From positions 18,032 through 82,031 of the IMG/VR virus record IMGVR_UViG_3300020455_000892: 64,000 bases of DNA; one strand, 5' to 3'. A model generated the notes under the pieces. That model was not told the DNA's origin, searched no databases, and was given only the letters and a program-made list of their open reading frames with translations. The position numbers and the translations under genes are program-made. This document shows, piece after piece, positions 29,368 to 36,328 of this stretch. Numbering within the stretch: the stretch's first letter is position 1; every line of letters starts with the position of its first letter. Origin of the DNA: a virus.

Positions 29368-31039
29368 TCTCATCTCCTGCTGGTGCCGCTTCTGCTCCAC
29401 TAATTGGGCTTGCACCTTCCTCTGTACCTTCTGCTCCGTCTACATCTGGGATATCCATATCTGCACCGCCATCTGGTACATCAAATCCTCTTACACCAAC
29501 ATTGCCTAATCCTGGTAATGCATCTCCTTCAGGAGCAACGCCACTTGAGTTCTCTTCTTCCCACATACGTTCATTTTTAATGATTTCTTCTTCAGATAGA
29601 CCCAAGTATTTTTCCATTAAGAAACGTCTACTCATGTAAGGTACACCTTCTAATCCACTGAATACATTGGCTCTAGCCGCATGTACTTCAATTTCTTTAT
29701 ATTGACTAAAGCTCTGTGGTTCAACAAATTGTAAATCAAACAATCCAGCATCAATATTAATACCTTTGTTTTTCATAAACAATTTAAATTCTTTATCCAT
29801 TACAGGTGCAACTGCATTTTGTAATCTCATACAGTATTGATTAAATCTGTATTCTTGTATAAATGCTGTACCAACTCTTCCATCTACATAGCTTGCTGTT
29901 CCATCATCTGGTCCTGTTGGCAAGTAACTGCTAGGCACACGCAATGCTCTAAGCATTTTGTTTGTAAAGTATCTCAGATCATCAATCTGACCTAAGTTCT
30001 CACCACCCGGAAGAACTTCAACTTTACTACCTCTGCCTTCACTAGTCTGTGCAAAAAAGTAGTCTTCCATAATTGATAGCGGATTATAAGCCGCATCCAT
30101 AATAGTAGTACCGCCACCTGTTTTGTTTGGAATACGTTTTTGATGTATTTCATTTTTAACACGTTCAACAAAACCCATTGCTTTGTTAGGTGGCATGTTA
30201 CCTACGTCTACATAAAACACACGTCTTTCAGGTGCTCTTTGTACTCTGTAGATAATAATACTATCTTCTAATAATTCTTTTTGTTTGTATGTTTTAAAGA
30301 TTGGATCAAGTATACTGCTTCCAAAAGGCCAATTCATGTCCATGCCTTCGGTCATACCCATATGAACTATGTGTTGTGCATCTACTGTGTACTCTTGTAT
30401 GTTACCCATGTTTCCGCCATAATCTCCTGGCGCACCACCATAGTTACTTCGATCCATAGTTTGACCACGCATCATACTGTTAACTGTACCGTATGTTTGT
30501 GCATGTTGCACAGGTTTACTTACAGTTTTTTCCTGCATGTTCATATCTATATTTTTTACAATATACTGCTCAGGCTTTTTGCCTTTTGCTTCATTGACAA
30601 CTGCTTTGGTTACATCAACTGGATTGACATAATACAGTTCCCAAGTTTCAGGATCTCTGATAAAAAATTGATCTCCATATTTAATAGTGTTTCTAAACAT
30701 ACGGAAAATACGTTTATCCCAATCTTGCAACGCACACCATTGACTTAGTGTTTGCTCAAGTATTTTTGTTTCACTTTCTGTTGCTTGTTCTTTGAATTCT
30801 ATTTTAAACGGAAGACCATTTGTCTCATCGACTTGTGTACTAAACTCACTAATAATGTCAAGAGCCGCGTTGATTTCGCTGTCCATATCCATTTGATCGT
30901 ATTGTGTATATCTTTCAACACGATTAGGTTGTCCACTATAGACTTCAGGTAGCCAGCTTTGAAAACGGCTAGCACTACTAGGCTTCATGCTATCTGAGCC
31001 TTGTGCTCCGTATGCGGTAAAATGTTTTTTCCAACTCAT
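29360..31039 (-). CDS. gp20: Portal protein (gp20-like)
   Basis: LEDSIIIYRVQRAPERRVFYVDVGN and EDYFF...GRGSKVEVLPGGENLGQIDDLRYF motifs. Confidence 0.97.
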   Translation of the reverse strand: MSWKKHFTAYGAQGSDSMKPSSASRFQSWLPEVYSGQPNRVERYTQYDQMDMDSEINAALDIISEFSTQVDETNGLPFKIEFKEQATESETKILEQTLSQWCALQDWDKRIFRMFRNTIKYGDQFFIRDPETWELYYVNPVDVTKAVVNEAKGKKPEQYIVKNIDMNMQEKTVSKPVQHAQTYGTVNSMMRGQTMDRSNYGGAPGDYGGNMGNIQEYTVDAQHIVHMGMTEGMDMNWPFGSSILDPIFKTYKQKELLEDSIIIYRVQRAPERRVFYVDVGNMPPNKAMGFVERVKNEIHQKRIPNKTGGGTTIMDAAYNPLSIMEDYFFAQTSEGRGSKVEVLPGGENLGQIDDLRYFTNKMLRALRVPSSYLPTGPDDGTASYVDGRVGTAFIQEYRFNQYCMRLQNAVAPVMDKEFKLFMKNKGINIDAGLFDLQFVEPQSFSQYKEIEVHAARANVFSGLEGVPYMSRRFLMEKYLGLSEEEIIKNERMWEEENSSGVAPEGDALPGLGNVGVRGFDVPDGGADMDIPDVDGAEGTEEGASPISGAEAAPAGDENA

Positions 31040-31060
31040 TGAGTACTCGATTCCTGTTTT

Positions 31061-31088
31061 ATTATAATGTATTTATAGGATTTGTCAA
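31061..31088 (-). promoter_or_regulatory. T4-type late promoter TATAAATA (31070-31077) nested inside a sigma70-like TTGACA-N16-TATAAT
   Basis: Minus strand reads TTGACAaatccTATAAATAcatTATAAT, upstream of the portal gene. Confidence 0.7.
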
Positions 31089-31094
31089 CCATTA

Positions 31095-32972
31095 TTAATC
31101 CGTAGGATTAATATCAGTGTTTTGGTTTGGTGTAGTTTTAAATGCGTTTGCTAGCTTCTCTATTGATGACTGTGCAATCGCAACTGTCGAAGATCCCATG
31201 TGTTCTACAATTTTGTTATAATCTAAATCTGGTTTACCGTCTCCATCAGCATCTTGACCTGTTAGAAAGTTTGGGTCATTGCCGTACTGAGCTCGAAGGA
31301 ATGCGTCACCTCCAGCCAGCAAAGCTCTACCTCGTTGAGGCGTCTGCATTAGATTTGCTAAATCCTCAGGTATAACACCTGCCGCATTTCCAAATAAACC
31401 TGCTAAGAACATCGCTTCAAGTCCATCTACATCACCATTAAATGCATTTAAGAAAGGTTGCACAGTTACCATACCGATTGAAGTACCAAATGCTTCAAAC
31501 AACCCTTTTGTAAATTCGCTTGACATCATTTCAGTTGATCTATCAATAAAGCCTTTCATACTAGTTACTAAGTCAGCATCTGATCCACCACCTAGTTTCA
31601 TTATAGCACTAAGAGCAAGATTTGCCGCTTCAGCATCTCTTTTGTTAAGTCCAAGTGTAAAAGATCTCATAATTTCTAATTCTTTTTGTCTTTCAGTTAT
31701 GAATTGTTTTTCAACTTCGTTACGTTCTTTTGCAAGATCAATTCCTGTTTCATTGATATTAACTGCCATTTGCATTAGTTTCATAGCATCTTCGTTACCA
31801 CCAAATGCTTGAACTTGAAACAGTTTAGTATCAGCATTTTGTTTAAAATTTTGTAATAATTGTGCTATAGCAACATTTGTATCAGTACCACTGTCTCCTG
31901 ATCGAATTCTAGCAATGCCTTCTGTTATAATAGCCATAAGATTTCCGGTTGTATCTAACTGTGCCATTCTACCACCAGCAGTTGCCATTTCACTACCTTC
32001 TACAGCAACACCTTGAATAATAGCATTCATTATTTCTTTTCCAGCTGGTCCCAAGTTGTCTGTTAAATTGCCAGTTACATCTTTAATTGCTTGAATTTGA
32101 TCTTTTGTCATACCTTGCATAGCAACTTGTAGTCTTACATCTTCTTGTGCCGCCATTTGAGCTCGTATTCTTTCACGAGTATTTTGACCAGTGACCCTAG
32201 CCATTTTTTCTTGTTCTCTATAATTGGCAACCATAGCATCAGTAAGATCATTTTGTACATAAAGTCTAAGCTGTTCAGCATCCATACTTTTTCTTCGTAT
32301 GTCAATTTCTTCAGCTAAAAACTGTGCTTGTTCATCTGCCGCCAGTCCGAAGTTTCCAAACTGTTCTGAACTTTTTTGTAGATTTTCTAAAATACCTATA
32401 AAATTCTGACTTCCTTCTTCAACACTGCCTCCAAGTTCTCTCATAGCACCTGTGTTTTGTGCAATAATATTTCCAAACATATCAAGTTGTAAACCTGTTT
32501 TAGCAAGTCTTCTCTGAGTAAGCATTACATCTTCGCCAAATGTAACACCAACATCTCCTGCAAAAGCAAATGTACTGCCAAGCTCTTTAGCTAGTCCAGA
32601 TACCATACCAAATGCAGTAGCCATTGTGCCTAAGCCAAGTGCTTTCATAAAACTTGTAACCATACCAGGTTTAGCTACACTTTGCATCACACCCATAGAA
32701 CTTGCTTTGCCAACTTCTTTAGCAAACTTAGTATTTTGTACTCTGCTTTTTGTTTCGTTCCAAACTTTTTGATAACCTTTAAGATCATCAACAGCAGATT
32801 TAATACTCATTTCACCTGCACTTGTGCCTTTGTTACTTGTTTGTAAACCTGTTAGATTTGTGGCTAAATCGGATAAAACCGCTTTGATATCTGACTGTGT
32901 TGACTCCATTGCAAAGTCTGGAACGTCAACAGTCATTGGTCTTCCGCCCATATTAATTTGGATAACTGCCAT
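31095..32972 (-). CDS. Probable tape measure protein
   Basis: 625-aa helical, A/G/M-rich protein with hydrophobic segments; similar in length to T4 gp29; adjacent to a tail chaperone-like gene. Confidence 0.55.
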   Translation of the reverse strand: MAVIQINMGGRPMTVDVPDFAMESTQSDIKAVLSDLATNLTGLQTSNKGTSAGEMSIKSAVDDLKGYQKVWNETKSRVQNTKFAKEVGKASSMGVMQSVAKPGMVTSFMKALGLGTMATAFGMVSGLAKELGSTFAFAGDVGVTFGEDVMLTQRRLAKTGLQLDMFGNIIAQNTGAMRELGGSVEEGSQNFIGILENLQKSSEQFGNFGLAADEQAQFLAEEIDIRRKSMDAEQLRLYVQNDLTDAMVANYREQEKMARVTGQNTRERIRAQMAAQEDVRLQVAMQGMTKDQIQAIKDVTGNLTDNLGPAGKEIMNAIIQGVAVEGSEMATAGGRMAQLDTTGNLMAIITEGIARIRSGDSGTDTNVAIAQLLQNFKQNADTKLFQVQAFGGNEDAMKLMQMAVNINETGIDLAKERNEVEKQFITERQKELEIMRSFTLGLNKRDAEAANLALSAIMKLGGGSDADLVTSMKGFIDRSTEMMSSEFTKGLFEAFGTSIGMVTVQPFLNAFNGDVDGLEAMFLAGLFGNAAGVIPEDLANLMQTPQRGRALLAGGDAFLRAQYGNDPNFLTGQDADGDGKPDLDYNKIVEHMGSSTVAIAQSSIEKLANAFKTTPNQNTDINPTD

Positions 32973-32991
32973 TAACTACTCACTTAACTAT

Positions 32992-33023
32992 GATAAATAA
33001 CTTTAACATATATTGTATTTATA
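32992..33023. promoter_or_regulatory. Face-to-face late promoters: GATAAATA (+, 32992-32999) and TATAAATA (-, 33016-33023)
   Basis: gp55-type motifs in the 62-bp gap between divergent genes. Confidence 0.65.
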
Positions 33024-33034
33024 GGCAAAAACTA

Positions 33035-33898
33035 ATGGAAAATCCACTACAGAATTATTATCGACATAAAGATATCTATGTTAGACTTCCAACTGGAGGT
33101 AAATGGATGAGAGAACAACCAAATCTTACCGCTGATGGTGAAATTGGTGTTAGAGCTATGACTGTAAGAGATGAACTTTTGCTTAACATACCAGATGCAT
33201 TATACAATGGGCAAGCCATTTACGAGCTTATAGAAAGCATTTGTCCTGACATTGGTGATGCTAGCGATATGAGTTTGCCTGATGTAGATGTAATTATGCT
33301 AGCCAGCAGGGCTACCAGTTACGAAAAAACTTTTCCTGTTGAGGCAACATGTTCACATTGTGAAACTGCTCAAATGTTTGAAGTAGATTTACAAAAAGTT
33401 TTAGGTAATGTGAAAAGTGTATGGGAGCAAACAGAATTAGAAGTTGATGGTCTAGTTGTAGAAATGAGACCAAACACTGTATCTGCCATACATGCAAGCA
33501 ATATCAAAGTAAGTGAGACCAGCAGAGTGCTATCTTCAATGAAAGAGACTGAAACAGTAGATGAGCAATTAAAAGTACAGTACAGCGAAAACATTCAGCA
33601 GATTGCGGCGGCAAATGTAGTTTTACTAGCAGATTCTATTGTTAAAGTTACAATGCCAGACGGAAAGACAGTCGATGAACCACAACACATTATTGATTGG
33701 TTAACAAATTCAAATAGAAAAGTAAATGACATACTCACCAAACAACGCTTGAGAATGAATCTAAATGGAATAGATAAAACTTTTAAGTTTACTTGTGCTC
33801 AAGAAGATTGTGCAAAAACATTTAGTGCAGATATAGAATTTAACCCAAGTTTTTTTTTCACCAGCAACTCCGACTTCAAAAGAACTCTGAACAAGTAA
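33035..33898 (+). CDS. Baseplate hub/tail assembly chaperone (T4 gp26-like)
   Basis: MENPLQNYYR...YVRLPTGG...MTVRDELLL..PDALYNG...DVDVIMLASRATSY; CxxC (CSHC); ends FNPSFFF. Real start is likely 33035, not 32990. Confidence 0.8.
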   Translation: MENPLQNYYRHKDIYVRLPTGGKWMREQPNLTADGEIGVRAMTVRDELLLNIPDALYNGQAIYELIESICPDIGDASDMSLPDVDVIMLASRATSYEKTFPVEATCSHCETAQMFEVDLQKVLGNVKSVWEQTELEVDGLVVEMRPNTVSAIHASNIKVSETSRVLSSMKETETVDEQLKVQYSENIQQIAAANVVLLADSIVKVTMPDGKTVDEPQHIIDWLTNSNRKVNDILTKQRLRMNLNGIDKTFKFTCAQEDCAKTFSADIEFNPSFFFTSNSDFKRTLNK

Positions 33899-34113
33899 AC
33901 AAACTTATTTCATACCACGAAAACAATAGTCAACGCATAAGAGAAAGTCTATTAGAAATAGTTCTATATACTGAAGGTGCATTTAATTACACAGACCTTG
34001 AACAATATCCTTTGAGATTAATACAAGATATCAACAAAGCAATCAAGAACAAGAATGACAAGATGTCTGAAGCTATGGATAAAGCAAAAGGTACTAATCG
34101 TAGAAGATTTTAA
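33850..34113 (+). CDS. -1 frame extension of the gp26-like chaperone (gp51/GT-like), with no start codon of its own
   Basis: Open frame from the T9 run to TAA at 34111: FFFHQQLRLQKNSEQVNKLISYHENNSQRIRESLLEIVLYTEGAFNYTDLEQYPLRLIQDINKAIKNKNDKMSEAMDKAKGTNRRRF. The frame is closed upstream by TAA at 33841. Confidence 0.7.
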   Translation, partial: FFFHQQLRLQKNSEQVNKLISYHENNSQRIRESLLEIVLYTEGAFNYTDLEQYPLRLIQDINKAIKNKNDKMSEAMDKAKGTNRRRF

Positions 34114-34141
34114 ACATTCTTTCGAAGAGCTAAAGCTCATC

Positions 34142-34176
34142 GTCATACTCATTTCATTTCGTATGATAATTTTTTT
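34142..34176 (+). terminator. Possible terminator for the plus-strand chaperone gene
   Basis: GUCAUAC/GUAUGAU stem followed by AAUUUUUUU; the stem is weak. Confidence 0.35.
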
Positions 34177-34199
34177 AAACATTTTTTTATATGATACGT

Positions 34200-34507
34200 T
34201 ATTACCTTGTTTTCAGTCGCACTTAGCTTGTTACAGCCAAGTGCAAAAAAAAAACGAAACGGTCATTACCCCTCTCCAGCTCGCATCGTTATAGTATAAC
34301 CTATTGCTAGGCAGAGGCGGTTTTGCTATACCCCTTTACATACTGCTTAAAACGCAGAAACACTCTAAGCCATAACGACGACTTTTGAGTTATCCGTGGG
34401 TTACAATGGCACAGTAGAGCCCACTCTTTTGGTTCGTTTCCCTCAGGCAAGTTCCGACGGCCCGCATTGCTACGAACAATCTCAATGCTTTTAACAAAGA
34501 GGGTATG
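34200..34507 (-). ncRNA. Putative structured non-coding RNA (or structured ssDNA element) downstream of the GIY-YIG gene
   Basis: Several hairpins pair fully only on the minus strand via G-U; two GCAA tetraloops; candidate pseudoknots; higher GC than its flanks; no credible ORF. Confidence 0.6.
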
Positions 34508-34936
34508 TTACGACTGTTGTCTGTTAAGTGATTCTATAAGTGCCTTGGAACTGCCAACTCTTACGTTTATAATGCCGTTATAGTATTCATCAGTTTTAAG
34601 AACTTCACGGTCAAACTGTTCTTTGGCTTCTAAATAGCTTAGTTCGCCTCTGCTGGTGCAGTAGTACAGTATTTCTCTTGTAAAGTTTTCAGGGCCTAAT
34701 TGTTCAACATCTTCATTTAAATGGTCACTGCTTCCCCAATAAGTTCGCCAGTCACTTTCTTTAGTTGAACGTCTTTTGTTTTTCTTGCCTTTGAGAGGTT
34801 TTTTAGTTACTTTAAATTTTGCCAGTTTTTTGCCAATGTACTTTTTGCCGTTTGTGAGGTTGGTAATAAGATATACAAATCCTATGTATTCCTCACTGAT
34901 CTCTTCTACTATTTTGCCTTGATAAGTCCATTGCAT
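34508..34936 (-). CDS. Stand-alone GIY-YIG family nuclease (Seg-like catalytic domain only)
   Basis: GFVYLITNLTNGKKYIGKK...YWGSS...FTREIL...YLEAKEQ...YYN motifs, with a Lys/Arg-rich insert. Confidence 0.85.
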   Translation of the reverse strand: MQWTYQGKIVEEISEEYIGFVYLITNLTNGKKYIGKKLAKFKVTKKPLKGKKNKRRSTKESDWRTYWGSSDHLNEDVEQLGPENFTREILYYCTSRGELSYLEAKEQFDREVLKTDEYYNGIINVRVGSSKALIESLNRQQS

Positions 34937-34953
34937 TGTTATTCATTACAACA

Positions 34954-34983
34954 ATTATATATATCTTCTTTGCCGTTTGTCAA
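34954..34983 (-). promoter_or_regulatory. Sigma70 consensus promoter for the GIY-YIG gene
   Basis: TTGACA-N18-TATAAT; the -10 box is 17 nt upstream of the ATG. Confidence 0.7.
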
Positions 34984-34988
34984 CCGGT

Positions 34989-35681
34989 TTAGTGCATGTT
35001 TTTTAAGATTTCCCAAGTTTGTTTATATCCTTGATCAATCTGATGAAAATGTGTACTTGCTTGTGCGGCTGTAAAATCATTACCGCCTGGGTTGCAATGG
35101 TCACCAAAATAAATTGTTGTACCTTCTTGTTCTCTTATAGCTTGACTCTTGTCACAGCTTTTCTTAAAAATATCTATGCTGGTCTGACCAGCTACTTGTG
35201 CAATGCTATCATCGAATTCTTGATTGTAATACATTGCTACTGTATCTCTACCTTTGTTAGTCTTTTCCCAATTGGCGTATCTAGCACGTTGATCCCAGTT
35301 AGCATTACGTCCAACTATGCTAAAGTTTGCAGTACCTGTACGGTGTTCGATATGATTACCAGTCATTTCAGGATAATCAAAAGTGTGTAAGATAGTTTGT
35401 AAAAAAGTTTGTTGAGCTTCTGATAATGTCCAATCGCTTTTGTATACTTCTTTATTACCAACAAACACATGGTTACCACTGCAATGATATACTCGTGCAA
35501 AACTATTGGTCAAGTCTTCTCCAATTTGTTCAATTGTTTTAGGTCTATCACTTCCTGTTACAATCATACATGTATTGTTTGCAACAAAATCAAACATAAA
35601 CTCTTCGAAATCTGGCTCTATTGCACGTCTTGGGTCAGTAAGTGTGCCATCAACATCAAACATAAAAATTTTATTCGTCAT
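34989..35681 (-). CDS. HAD-IIB hydrolase, eukaryote-type phosphomannomutase-like
   Basis: FDVDGTLT, VTGSD, IEHRTGTANFSIVGRNA, GQTSIDIF, DK and YFGD...GGND motifs. Confidence 0.85.
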   Translation of the reverse strand: MTNKIFMFDVDGTLTDPRRAIEPDFEEFMFDFVANNTCMIVTGSDRPKTIEQIGEDLTNSFARVYHCSGNHVFVGNKEVYKSDWTLSEAQQTFLQTILHTFDYPEMTGNHIEHRTGTANFSIVGRNANWDQRARYANWEKTNKGRDTVAMYYNQEFDDSIAQVAGQTSIDIFKKSCDKSQAIREQEGTTIYFGDHCNPGGNDFTAAQASTHFHQIDQGYKQTWEILKNMH

Positions 35682-36018
35682 CTATTTCTTTCATTTGTTC
35701 AGGATACCATTTGTGTAGTAAATCGATTGGCAACTTTTTTTGTTTTGTTGGTGCAAAATGTGGCATGTCTTTTATAGTAAACGTTGGCGACAGTCCTGTG
35801 ATAGTACTACCGCCGCCTAGCATAGTGCTTGTGCATGTAGCATGTTGTGACAAATCAACTGTATATGCCATTGAGCCTTCTGCAAGTGTTCCAATAGTTG
35901 CGTCTTCAGGTACAAATGGTGCTTCATTTGCCATCCATGTTTCAAAGTCGTCATCACCTTTGTTACCTTTATTATTAAAGCTATCTATGTGTATTGTGTA
36001 TTCGTCATCATCATTCAT
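35671..36018 (-). CDS. Hypothetical protein
   Basis: ORF overlapping both neighbours; start uncertain (36018 or 36051). Confidence 0.55.
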   Translation of the reverse strand: MNDDDEYTIHIDSFNNKGNKGDDDFETWMANEAPFVPEDATIGTLAEGSMAYTVDLSQHATCTSTMLGGGSTITGLSPTFTIKDMPHFAPTKQKKLPIDLLHKWYPEQMKEIDDE

Positions 36019-36328
36019 TGCTTTGTCCAAATAGTTTATAGTATACGTCAATAGGTAATATCTTGCTTGTTAGTAATTCTTGTGGATAATATCCGAATAG
36101 TTTTTCACCTGTAGTTTTGTACATCTTCTTCTGAAAAGGAGTTTGCTTCCTATTTCCTGTTGCTTCAGTTTCTCCACACCAATCACATTCTGTACCTTTT
36201 GGAAATCCCATAACATCTTGTTGGGATTCACAATAGTGTTCCCAAAATGTATCCTGCTTCCATGCACTTTGATCATGTCTTGGATCCATCATTTGTTTAA
36301 TATGTTCTTTAGAGTAATTACTTGGCAT
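36011..36328 (-). CDS. Hypothetical protein with possible Zn-binding HYC...CDWC motif
   Basis: 105-aa ORF overlapping the end of gp46. Confidence 0.55.
   Translation of the reverse strand: MPSNYSKEHIKQMMDPRHDQSAWKQDTFWEHYCESQQDVMGFPKGTECDWCGETEATGNRKQTPFQKKMYKTTGEKLFGYYPQELLTSKILPIDVYYKLFGQSNE

Noticed and set aside
32990-33034. N-terminal extension MINNFNIYCIYRQKL of the gp26-like ORF
   Set aside because: It overlaps both promoter motifs, and the family-like sequence starts at MENPL (33035).
34055-34294. 79-aa plus-strand ORF from the track
   Set aside because: It has no SD and an atypical composition, overlaps the better-supported -1 frame extension, and runs through hairpins and homopolymer runs.
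34114-34936. Group I intron containing the GIY-YIG ORF
   Set aside because: No recognisable P/Q/R/S core sequences were found, no interrupted host gene flanks the region (neighbours are complete, and one is on the opposite strand), and the ORF has its own promoter.
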